A stretch of 63,737 nt of DNA, counting the filler, from Hyphochytrium catenoides (taxonomy: Eukaryota; Protista; Hyphochytriomycota): the NCBI GenBank assembly GCA_900088475.1. It is 13 parts of 13 records of this genome, joined end to end, with 100 filler letters (N's around TTAATTAATTAA, not from the genome) between each part and the next. Parts side by side here need not be neighbours in the genome. Positions count along the whole stretch, not along the records: positions 1 to 21,967 come from FLMG01001732.1; positions 22,068 to 27,816 come from FLMG01001666.1; 11 more parts are not named here. One strand, given 5' to 3'. The notes beneath the pieces are model-generated. The model had not been told where the DNA came from, did not search any database, and saw nothing but the letters and a program-made list of their open reading frames with translations. Position 1 is the stretch's first letter; every line of letters starts with the position of its first letter. The position numbers were made by a program, and so were the translations under genes. Positions 14,327 through 25,699 of this stretch are shown in pieces.

Positions 14327-16821
14327 AAGAGAGAGAAAAGGAGAAAAAGAGTGAGGTCGTCAAAACCTCAAAGGAAGGGATAAAACGGCGAAAGAGGAAC
14401 TTGCAAAAAGGAAACCAGGGGAAAGGTAGAGGTAAAGAGAAGGGTGCCAGTCTGAGCGACGGCACGGATTTGGGAGCCACACAAGGATGCTATTGTCTCG
14501 TGAATAAATGGAGAGAGGACCTACTCTGGGCTGTCTGGCTGCCTGAGCTTTGCCGCGCAGAGCTTCACAAGCTTCTCAGGTGGGGCACAAGCATTAGGTT
14601 CGGCGCCTTCTGGGCTCAATAGCGAGAGAGAAAGCTCCATTCTTCTGCTCTTCACCTCCTGATGCACAGCCCTCGCCAGCTCCTCAGCACTAAAGTCAGG
14701 GAACACAATCTCCGTAAACAGAGCACGGAAATCCTTGAACGAGGTTAGAAGCCTTCCCAGCCCTTCCTGCGGGCCAATGAGAACGAGCACGAGAGTTGTC
14801 TCCTCGCTTTGGGTGTCTAACAGGTGAGAATAGGCGGATCAAGCTCAGCACTTGGAGGCACCAGGACTCGGGAAAGGCACAAAGTGTGTGAGAAGACGCA
14901 AGACAGAGGTGAAGAGTAGTCCCAGAGAGCATCCCGGCTGGAGGAGCAGGTCATATGCTCTCTGCGTATGGGAGCAAACTAAGGAGCGATAGACGGCGAC
15001 CAGAATGGGAATAGATAGGAAGAAAGAGTTAGAGAAAGGAGGAAGACAGAGAGCGAGAGAGACAGAGAGCTAGTAGAAGCTAGAAGATGAGGGCTCTGCA
15101 AAGACTTACGCTCTCGTCTTTCTTCCCCCTTCTGCCTGCCAATGAGAGCCCTTGGGAGCCTATTGGCAGCCACCACATCGTCACGGGCCAGCGGCTCGCC
15201 TTCTGGCTCTCCTCCTTCCTCCTTGTTGCTCTTCTTTCTCTCTCTCTCTTCTCTTCGAGCACCCTCACTCTCAGCAGGCTGATCGAGTCGGAGAGTACGA
15301 ACATCGACCATCCTCATCTCTGGTGGTGCTCGGTCCGCACCGAGCCTCATCGCCGTCCTTCTCTGTCTCTTCTTGAAGCGTAGAATTGTCTCGACCATTG
15401 CAGCTACACATCGCAGGGAGAGAGGCGAAGAACTCTCTCCAGCTAGACCGCCGCCGCCGGAACTTGGCCATGTACAGTCAGTGATAACCAGCATTCCCCC
15501 TCTCGCTTTCTCCAGAGCCTTTTTGGTGGCGTCAACGACCTCCTCGGGGTATTGAGAGCCCGTTAGCTCTGCCTGTGAAGTCCTGAATATCTTTGTGGGG
15601 TCGATGAAGGATGAAGATGAGAGAAGCTTTCCAATCACCGTAGCTACGAACTCTGCAGCAGTCCCTGGACAAAAGGAACCATTAGTCAGNNNNNNNNNNN
15701 NNNNNNNNNNNNNNNNNNNGAGAGAGAGGGAGAGAGAGAGAGAGCAGGGAGAAAGAGAGAGAGAGAGAGAAAGATAGAGGGCAGATTGCATCCTCCTGGA
15801 GGAAGCACATAGGTGGATGACCGATCCTTGCAGCAGAATGGGAAAGAATAGCGTGTAGGTTCAACCAGGGGTAAAGACATTTAGAGGAAGCAGTAATTGA
15901 GAGCTATGGCCTGTTCTTCTTCTGACTCCTAGCTAGGAGAGGGAAGGAAGAAATCTCTAAGTGTCCGGACTCTCACCAGGATTGGTATGCATCGCATAGT
16001 TTGGCAAGGTGCAGGGCCCCGTGAAGACCTCACGCTTGGCCTGAGTGACAAGGTAATCCTGCAGAGCGTGCATTTGGGAAAGGACAGACGGAGGAACGAT
16101 GCAGTCCTCAAAGAGTTGCTCCAATGAGGCGTCCCTGCCCTTCTCTCCCTGCGCTGCCACTTCCTTCTCTTCGCTCCTTTCTCGGTTCTGAGGGTATTGG
16201 TTTCCTTTCTTCGTCTTCTTTGAGTCCAGGTCAGGACAGCCTGCAGAAGGCACATCATGTTAAGCAAAAGCTTTGTCAGAGGACTAAGGCTGATGGTCAG
16301 CTGGAGAGCAAAGAGTGAACTCTACTGATGGGGAAGCAATGAAGGCTTGAACCCTGCTGCTTACCATGCTGATCAAGCTCATCAACGACGTCNNNNNNNN
16401 NNNNNNNNNNNNNNNNNNNNNNNNNNNNNNNNNNNGGGAGAGAGAGAAAGAAAGAGAGAGAGAAAGACGAAACAATAGCAAAAGAGTTGACCAGGACACA
16501 GGCGCAAAGAAGCATAATGCCACTACTTAATGCTTCTCACATCTTCCAGGTAAACAAAGAGCCCATGGCCCTCCGGACAATGAAAGTATCGCTGACCATC
16601 CATGTCCCCATCGCAGTCCGAATGCTGCCTCCGCTCCTCCAGCTCCAAACCCAGAAGTGGCCTTGTCGACCCTCTAGTACGGGACTGGATGTAGCCCACA
16701 AAGCGGATACGGGCTGTAGCCTTAGTACCCTTCAGACGGATCCGGCGATCCATTAGGTGACTTCGCAGCTTGTGGAGGTCAAGAGCAGGCCCCCGGCCAG
16801 AACCTGAAGAAGACCAACACG

Positions 16822-16862
<41 letters not shown>

Positions 16863-16935
16863 AATTTGAACCGACAGACCGACAGACCGAGAGACACAGA
16901 CAGACAAAGAAGCAGTAAAGGATCGCAAGACATAC

Positions 16936-16988
<53 letters not shown>

Positions 16989-17655
16989 TGGGAAGTACAC
17001 ATAGTATTGTGCAGGGAGGTAGTAGCAACAGAGAAGGCAAAAGAAGCAATGGTCGACCTCGGATATCCCCTAACAAAGGACTGAAGTACAAGGGCAGGAC
17101 ACTGACAACACTTATGCTGAGACGTGACGCCGCGGCATTCCTGTCTCACTGACCTGCTGGCTTTGTTGGGTCTTTATCAGCTTCACGTGGTGAGACAGGG
17201 TTCTCCTGGGGCCAAGAAGGTTGTGATCGGCCTCTAGGAGCTGCTTTCGGAGCTGAGAGACGGTCATCTGGGCCTGAGGCCTGTCGATTAGGGATGTTTC
17301 TAGCACTTGGAGGTAGAGGGTCATCCGAGGCTGAAGGCACCGCTTTCCTTTGAGCCTCAGCGCCTCCTTCTTCCCTGGCAGCATTGCTACGTGGGCATAC
17401 CTTCGCCCAGTGTTCAGCCTTTTGGGCCTTGAAGATCACTTCGCGGCAGTGTCCGCACTTCGTGAGGACGCATCTGGAGGCGCGATCACTGAAGTGTGAT
17501 TCCTTCAGCTCTACCGAGACTCTCTTCTGGCAGTTCAGGCACTCGAACTGCCTCGGGCTCCCATATTTCTCCAGAAGAAGGAAGCCCACTGCCAGCTTCC
17601 CCGCCTTGATCAGCTTCTTTCCTGGCTCTGACCTGCGACCTTTCTGCTCCGCCAT
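11054..17655 (-). CDS. Multi-exon protein: TRAF-type Zn fingers + CAP-Gly + degenerate CbbX/SpoVK-like AAA+ + intact CbbX/SpoVK-like AAA+
   Basis: ATG 17655 MAEQK...; CLNC...H...[28 protein letters not shown] (TRAF-like Zn fingers). ARIRFVG...LLGLELEE...[23 protein letters not shown] (CAP-Gly, ~16530-16750). AAA-2: MVGLEDLK...[20 protein letters not shown]...GHLVEVSR|NDLVAGYQ|GQTALKT...[14 protein letters not shown]...|[23 protein letters not shown]|[16 protein letters not shown]|[13 protein letters not shown]...[14 protein letters not shown]. The 3' end (below ~11370) is approximate. Confidence 0.85.
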
Positions 17656-17959
17656 TTCTATTGGATTGGGATTCAAGACGCCTTTCTACTTGGCGCGCTA
17701 TCCGGTGCTAATGTCAGCCAACGGAAGATGTGTGTCTGGCGCTGGCGCTGGCGCTGGCGCGATGAGAGAGTTGAACACTGAAGAGTAGGAGAGGATGGAA
17801 AATGAAGAGAGAGAATGAGGGGCGAGCCTTCAAAAGGCTCACACGTAAATGTGACAGTCAATGGCATGACAACTAGGGAACCGACTAGAGAGAGAGAACT
17901 AAGGATGAAGGAATGGCAACTTAGTAAGAGAGAGAGAGNNNNNNNNNNNNNNNNNNNNN

Positions 17960-18001
<42 letters not shown>

Positions 18002-18207
18002 AGAGAGAGACAGAGAGGGCGAAAGCAGAATACTGGTCAACCGCGCAGCCACCGACGGGTAAGCATGTATCGCCTGGTTCCTGATGTTCCCCTTTGCCCT
18101 CTTGCTTTGTTCTCTCTCTCTCTTTCTCTCTCTTTGTCTTCTCTCTCTCTCTCTCTCTCATCTCTCTCCTTCCTCTCGTGATCATCGCTCTTTCTTCGCG
18201 GTTCTAC

Positions 18208-18511
18208 CTGCGCCATAACCTCGTCCTCGTGCATCTTCCAAACCTCCAGGAATCTGCGGCTGTCCAAGAGCTCAAAGTGATGAAACTTCTCTTGCATATC
18301 CTTATACCTAAGGAAGAAGTGAGGAAGAGGAAGAAGTGAGGAAGAGAGAGAGAGCGTGACATATAGAAATGAACGACGGGGCGAGAAAGAGAGAAACGGA
18401 GAGAGAGAGAGACGGAGAAAGTGGGAGAGAGACAGGGCGACACGGCACTGATACACGGTGATCAGCCAGTACAGCTGCCAGAATAACCTAACTAACAAGC
18501 AAGGCGAGTCA

Positions 18512-18550
<39 letters not shown>

Positions 18551-19522
18551 GANNNNNNNNNNNNNNNNNNNNNNNNNNNNNNNNNNNNNNNNNNNNAGAG
18601 AGAGAGAGGGAGAGAGGGAGAGAGAGAGAAGGAGAGAAAGAAAAAGAAAGAGAGATATAAAAGGAGAAATTAGAGAAATGGCCAGACAAACAGGCGGAGA
18701 GAGAGAGAATAGGGAGAAAGGAGGGAAGAAGACAAAGAGAGAGAGAGAGAGAGAGAAAGAGAGAGCCTGTCGTTAAGAGTGAGGTTACGGTTCGTACTGC
18801 TTAGTAATCTTTCTATATTCTTCCGTCAATTCCTGATTTCTCTGCTTCTCACTGCTGTCAGTCGCCGCGTACTTGGCCTTCAGTTGAGAGAGTGTGTCCT
18901 TGAGTCTGTGGACCAAAAGGAATGAGTAATCAGAGAGGACGAGGGAGAGGAAGAGAGAGGGAGAGAGGGAGAGAGAGAGAGAGACAGAGAGAAAAGAGAG
19001 AGAGAGCGAGAGGGAGCCAGCGAGAACAGAAAGAGGGAAGAGAGAGAAAGCGAGAGAGAGAGTGAGAGCGAGAGAGGGCAACTGCGAGTGCGAGAGAAAG
19101 AGAGAGAGAACAAGCGAGAGGACAAAGAGAGAGANNNNNNNNNNNNNNNNNNNNNNNNNNNNNNNNNNNNNNNNNNNNNNNNNNNNNNNNNNNNNNNNNN
19201 NNNNNNNNNNNNNNNNNNNNNNNNNNNNNNNNNNNNNNNNNNNNNNNCTGGTACGTCACGCGCATCTGAAACAAGCAGAGCGGAGAGAGAGAAAGAGGGA
19301 ATTAATCAATATCAGAAAGCAAGAGAGAGAGAGAGACGCGCATACAACGAGAAAGAGGAAGACGGAGAGACAGAGAGAGAGAGAGAGAGAAAAAAAAGGG
19401 AGAGACGAGAACGGAGCAATGACAAAGGTAAAAGTGCTCACAAGCAGAAACTGCGAGGGAAAACCAGGAAATTAAAAAAAAGAAAGAAAGAAGCGAGAAG
19501 AACGTGCGCGAGAGAGAGAGAG

Positions 19523-19575
<53 letters not shown>

Positions 19576-20412
19576 AAAAGAGAGAGAGAGAATGAAAAAG
19601 AGAGAGAAACTGAGCGCGCGCGCGAGAGAGAGAGAGGAAGAAGAGAAGAAAAACCAAGGTACCTCTTCAAGCTGTTGCTCCAATAACTGAATGTCGTTCT
19701 CCAGCTTCGTCTTCAGTTGAGAGTATTCCTCCTCATCCCGCGTCTGCAGCTCCTTTATCTCCTTGTGGAACCTTGGACGAAGAGGAAGAGGGGAGAGAGA
19801 GAGATAACACAAGGGAGAGACACAGAGAGAGACAAAGAGAGAGAGAGAGACACCAGGTGAGATCCATCGCTTTCCGGTAGTGTACAACAAGTAAAGAGGG
19901 AGAGAAAGGGATTGAAGAGAGAGAAAGAGAGAAAAGAGGGAGAAAGAAAGCAAAAAGAGAGAGAGAGAGACACAGAGAGAGAGAGAGAGAAGCAGGTAAA
20001 CAGAGGGAGAGAGGGAGAGAGAGACGCTAGGAGTTGAGTGGTCTCCGCTGGAGGATGGAGGATATAAGAAAGAGAGAGAAACAGGGTTTGCGATGAACGG
20101 ATGAAGAGAGAGAGAGAAACAGCTTTAGTCTCCGACGTACCTCTCTTCCTGCTGCAGCTTTCTCTCCACGTAAGAGACTTCCAGTTGTCTTCTCTTCTCT
20201 ATCAACGACTCAAATTCCTCTCTGTGTCCCTTGAGAAGCGCCTCTCTCTCTTTCAGAAAGGCCTCTTCGATTCTCTCCAGCTCTCTCTCCATCTCTTCCC
20301 TCATGGCCGTGACCTGCTCCGTCATTCTTGCTATCACATCTTCCACATCCGTTGATTGCCGCTTCAGGGCCCGGACATATTCTTCATCCTTTAGCTTCAG
20401 CTGCACGGCAGC

Positions 20413-20451
<39 letters not shown>

Positions 20452-20690
20452 GAGAGAAAGAGAAAGAGGCAGCCGAGAGAGAGAGAGAAAGAAAGCAGGA
20501 GGGAGCCCCGAGAGAGAGCAAAAGAAACGAACAGAAAGAAGGGAGAGAAAGGCGAAAGGAGAGGGAAAGAGACCGGAGAGAATGAGCGACAAAGAGAGAG
20601 GAGGAAAGAAAAGAGAATGAAGAGAGACAGAAGAGGAAGAGAGAGAGTGCAAGAAGGTGAGAACGCGGAAGAAGGTGAGAGCGCGTCTGT

Positions 20691-20722
<32 letters not shown>

Positions 20723-20883
20723 AAAAGAGAAAAAGAGAGAGAGAACGAGAGAGAAAGAGAGAGGGAGCGAGAAAGAGAGAGGGAATAGCTTGCCTGTTCG
20801 GTGAAGGTTGATATAAGCTTGTCTTTGGAGGCGAGAATCAGCGCGCAGGCTGCCTTCTGAGTCATCATGTCCTGAGCCACATG

Positions 20884-20914
<31 letters not shown>

Positions 20915-21965
20915 TGCAAGAGAGTGAGGGAAAGCATGAACGCAGAGAGAATGCGGCGAAACAAAAGCGTAAAAAGAGAGAGAGAAAGACAGGAATAAGA
21001 GATAGAGGGAGGAGCGAGGAAGAAAGGAAAGAGAGCAACAACGACGTAAGAAGAGAGAGAGAGAGAGAGAAACAAAGAGAAAGGAATAATCTAAGAGAGC
21101 AAACATAGGAAAGAGACGGCCCGACAATGGAAAGACAGGGAATGGATAATCTATGGCAGTGAGAGCGACGTAGAATGGTACTTGTGCGGGGGTAGAGAGA
21201 GGAAAGAGAGAAAGAAAGGAGATTGGAGAGAAAGACAGAGAGAAAGAGAGAGAGAAAGACAGCGAGAAAGAGAGAGAGAACAAGCGCGACGTGAGAAGGC
21301 TTCCTTACGTCGTAGAGCTCCTTTGGCATCGTCTGGTGAGACAACTCGGCCCATCGCAGCTCGACAGCTGCGTTTCTCTTGGCAGAGAGCGCCTGTTCCT
21401 CCTCCAGTCTCTTCCGCCTCGCCTCTTTCTTTCTCTCTTCTCCTTCACGGCGCTTGCTCTCTTCCGCATCAGAGACCACGCGCACAGAAGTGACAGCAGC
21501 AGTGGTAGAAGCCTACCCAGACAGTGAGAGAGCCAAAGAGAAGAGAGAGAAAGAGAGAGTGAGAAAGAGAGAGATAGGAAGAGAGCAGGGAAAGAGGGAA
21601 AGAGAGTGTGAGAGAACAGAGTGAAAGAGAGAGAGAAAAAGTCAGAGAGAGGGGAAGAGAGACAGAGAAAGACAGAGAAAGAAGATAGAGAGAGGAAAAG
21701 AGAGAAAGAGCGAGTGAGTGCACGTGAGAGAAAGAGTGAAAGAGGGAGAGAGGGGAAAGGGGAGACAGGGAGCGACATGAGGGGGACGGAGAGAGAGAGA
21801 GAGACAGAGAAAGAGAGAGACATAATGAGAGAGACAAAGAGAGAGACGGAGAAGTAAGGTTGTCACTACACTGGAGCCGGAAGAGAGAGGAAGAGAGAGG
21901 AAGAGAGATACCTTCAATCTCTCGACGAGCCCCAAAGACTCTTGCTTCTGTTTGGCTCCTAACAC
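18208..21965 (-). CDS. DRC1: Dynein regulatory complex subunit 1 (DRC1/CCDC164, NYD-SP28 domain), partial
   Basis: Exons read RRKRLEEEQALSAKRNAAVELRWAEL...PKELYD | QKAACALILASKDKLISTFTEQ | LKLKDEEYVRALKRQSTDVEDVIARM...ELERIEEAFLKERE | DEEEYSQLKTKLENDIQLLEQQLEE | MRVTYQ | ...NQELTEEYRKITKQ | YKDMQEKFHHFELLD...VWKMHEDEV. The 5' end is lost at the spacer (21968) and the C-terminal half is not found. Confidence 0.88.
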
Positions 21966-21967
21966 TT

Positions 21968-22067
21968 NNNNNNNNNNNNNNNNNNNNNNNNNNNNNNNNN
22001 NNNNNNNNNNNTTAATTAATTAANNNNNNNNNNNNNNNNNNNNNNNNNNNNNNNNNNNNNNNNNNNN
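21968..22067. other. Artificial assembly spacer N-TTAATTAATTAA-N (stops in all six frames); recurs with the 12-mer at about 27861, 29148, 30417, 34945, 43824, 45016, 48661, 50358, 51537, 57174, 61480
   Basis: The identical 12-mer is centred in ~100-nt N runs 12 times. Genes are cut abruptly at these points. Confidence 0.97.
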
Positions 22068-25000
22068 TATTAGGAATAGTTGGCATAGTCAGAATAGCTC
22101 TACTTTATGGGACCCCAGTTGGGCTTATCAGTAGAGCACTCTCATCTAATGACATTGTCCAATCATCCCATATAATCCAACAGCGGAAACCTAAGCTTAG
22201 GCTGATGAATGTATGGGATTCGGAGACAATTATATTATAAGTTCCTGCTCGGCCTGTAAGCGTAGTCTCTAGATTATGAACCCTATTGGATTTAGGATCC
22301 TGAATACTACTGAGATGTATTCCTGATAGAGAGTACCTGTTTACCTGTTCCCTCCTAGTAATAAGCCATAGTTAACATTCGAGTCCACTCTTCCTTCATA
22401 TCTCTGCTTCTACTTGGAATTTGGGACTGTAACTTGGACAGTTGGTCTGGTACATCTTAGGACTCAGATAGTCCATACTTCAACATAGGCCGTATTCAAG
22501 AGCACTTTCGGGCTCAAGGTTATCCTTTAGCGCTTTAGCATGGGAGGCCGTCGCTATAGCTGCTGATGAAGTCTAGCGCGGGATACAACAGTGCAGCGCA
22601 CGACAGATGCGGGGGTTCCTCATCACGTCTTTGCCTTCCCTTTCCAATTTGTTCTAGCTCTTTCCTCCATCCACCATAGGTCTAAAGCCATGATGTTTGC
22701 ATGGAGCATGATGTCTTTGCTGACCCGTGTCGACTTGCCGGTTCAGCGCCAACCGCGCCTTGGAAATGTTGAACTGTTATCGACGCTGAAATCAGAAAGT
22801 GCACAGCGGACGACGCAGAGGGGAAAACCCCCGGTGTATACACAAAAATGGAGATTTGTTAAAGAGTACGTTTGGTGTATGGTGCATACTGGTTAGGGTG
22901 TCGGCATCAAATAGAGGTCCTGGGTTGGAATCCCGGAGCGTACAAAACTTGTCTCCGGCATAACCAGACACATCCCAATATTAATTCAAAGTGCTCACCA
23001 CCAAAGGATAAAATCTACCAAGAAATTCACTTGATCTACGGAATAGGGATGATAGCATTCGTCTTCCTGCTGCGTGTTTCCCGCATTTAGCAACTACATG
23101 TTTTTGCTAGGCATCATTACCTGTTCGTCGGCCTAACGTCCACCTGGTGGTAAACGATAAAGTACCGCGTTCTCCTTACGGAATCTGTCGAGCAAGTCCG
23201 TAGGGTCGCACTTTGTCCCGCGAGCGTGGGAATGGTTGAAAGGGCTTCGTGTCCTCGACTGTGTGCAGCGGGATGCGAAGCTTCAATGTGATCGCTCTTC
23301 ACGTTATGTCTCTAGCATGGTCATTGGTCTCACCAAAGGATGGCTTTACGCTTCGATACCATAGTCCATTTGGCGATCCATGAACAAACTCTGGAGATTC
23401 TACAATATATACTATTTTTCAATTTGTCTTTTCTTTGCCAGCCTAATTGAGTGCGGAATCACTTAAATCCTTTTTACTTGTGTGATAATTAGGGTGGAGG
23501 AGCGAGAGAGTTGGAACAATAGATTAACGCTTTGTACTCTGGCCTTCTTTCTGCTCCTCTTGTTCTTTTCTGATTAGTAGTTAATAGTTTATATCATCCC
23601 TCATCAGTCAATCAAATATGCTTCATGCCAGCTTTCAGACAGGTTGTTCGTAGGAAAACTCCATAATAAGTTGAAGAAGAAGTATCAGACTCGCTGTAAG
23701 GCTGTATGTACCGTTACAGATTGTCCCGCTCGTTTATGAGTCTTTGGGAGGAGCTATGCCTCGTGTCATTGATTGTGTGCAGCGGCTGGTGAAGCTTCAA
23801 TGTGATCGTTTTTCACTTGTTGCCTCCCGCCATCGTGGTCGTCATTTGTTCTTGGCGTTTCATAAAGAAAATGCGCTTCCGATTTTGAAAAGTAATCCTC
23901 TTGAGCAGTTGGACTCTTCTTCTCTTTCTTGCCTGGTCGAGAGTAGTGCTGATGATGGTCTTGGTGGTGCCTTTCCTCCTCTTTCTTCCTCCTTTCTCCT
24001 ATTATTGTTACTGTTGGGTAAATCAACTATGAGTCTACGCTTTCTGGAAGAAAGAGAGGTGTAAGAAGAGAGCTGAAGTAATGACGACTTTCTAAAAACT
24101 CTTGCCTTTTCTTCTTCTTCTGATGATGATGACGACGATGATGAGTAGAAGTGGGTAACAATTTTCTCTTCTTCAAGTAAACATAGAAGGGAGAAAGCGC
24201 AGAGAAGAGGGGGTAAGAGCAATGATAAGGCCTTATTACGTGGTGTTGTTATGATACCGTTCTAGGCGATAGGCTTCTGTGGGGGTGTTGTAGTAGCTTC
24301 TGTACACCTCTTCCCTGGACTAATGATGGCCGTTAGCGCCCCCCTGGCTGAAACGTCATGGGAGGGCTGTTGTAAGTCCCTCACTGTTTGTGCTGCTGCT
24401 GTTGTTGAGCCTCTCGTGCGTCGTAGAAATATGTTACAGCGGAAGGTCTTCCCTCTTCCCTCACTCGTCCTCCTCCTGCTTCCCTCCTCTCCTCCTCGCT
24501 CTTCCCTCCTCCTCCTCCCATTCCCGGTTGCCACTGGGGTGGTGTCTCTCTCTCAGCGAAGAGTATGCCCTCGTCACTCCTGCGCCTCCTCCGCGCCTCC
24601 TCCTCCTCCTCCTTCACCCTTGCTCCGCCTTCTACTTTCTCCTCCTTTCCTCCTCCTCCTGAACCACCACCTCGCCCACGCGCCGGCGGGGTGATCTCTT
24701 CTTCTCTTCCTCCTCTTCTTCCTAGTTCCTCCGTGGCCGCGACAATGGCCACAGTCGGAGAACTGCTTAACATCAAGTAGTAGAAGGTAAAGAGGCGGTG
24801 TTGGTGAGTCTCTCTGGGCGTGCAGTCGTCGTGGTAAGAGGAAGAAACGAGAAGGTCTAGAGAACTGTTCGAAGTCCGGGGATCGTAGAAGAGGACAAGG
24901 GAAAAGACGATAGGAGAGGCAAGAAAGGAAGAGAGAGGAAGACGCAGCAGCACGAAGAAAGGGCTTGCGGAAAGATCATTCGGCTGTTCTACGACGGGCA

Positions 25001-25699
25001 CATACGAGGGCACCACTAGGGAGGTCGAGAGACGACCTTAGTCCGCCCCCTGGCGAGAGTGAATCCCCTGGCTATTATCATCTGCTGCTCGCTCTCCGGT
25101 CACTTCTGTGCCACTGCTGCCCGCTGGGAGACGATTAGTGGACTTTCAGGCTATGTCGTCGATGATGCGGGGTAGAGAAGATCTCACGTGTGGTTTTCTT
25201 GGTAAGCCACCGGCTCTCGCAGGTACCGTGACTAAGTACTAGAGTAGCTGTCCAGAAGAAGAAAGTTCGGTGGAACTCCTCACATTCCTCCATATTCCCT
25301 TGACAGGACAAGATGAAGCTTTGAAGACATGGCGCGCCGCGATGCTAGAGCGACAGGAGAGAATGACCAGACGAAGGGAACAAGGAAAAGAGACCACCAG
25401 CCCTGCCTCCCAACCCATGAAGGTCGAGGGACATGATCGTCAGAAGAGAAGCGCTACTTTAGAGTTCCAACTCTCAGATCCATTTTCAGAGAAGGGGGAA
25501 GTGGTGACAGTTCTCGAAGAAGTTGAAGACCGGGCGGGAGACAGGCTGAGTGAGTCCGTCCCAGGCAAGCGATCTACATTTCTAAGCCAGCCCTTCGCCT
25601 ATGACTGACCGGGTCCTCCACTCCCTCAGTTATTCCGGGCTATGGAAGGGAGCCGGACGAGGCCTGTCCAAGCCTGAAGGAACCTATCAGCCCAGCAAC

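Noticed and set aside
18037-21965. Dozens of Ser/Leu-rich or Glu/Arg-rich ORFs in the six-frame track (also 12.4-17.1, 34.4-35.4, 45.7-48.3 and 52-57 kb)
   Set aside because: They are translations of (CT)n/(GA)n microsatellites, which lack stop codons.
22012-22023. Recurrent palindromic TTAATTAATTAA (12 copies), resembling piggyBac TTAA targets or a regular array
   Set aside because: It is always centred in N runs of fixed length, so it is an artificial contig linker and not biology.
24380-25020. Overlapping 100-200 aa ORFs on both strands
   Set aside because: They arise from (CCT)n/(GGA)n low-complexity sequence and show no domain signal.
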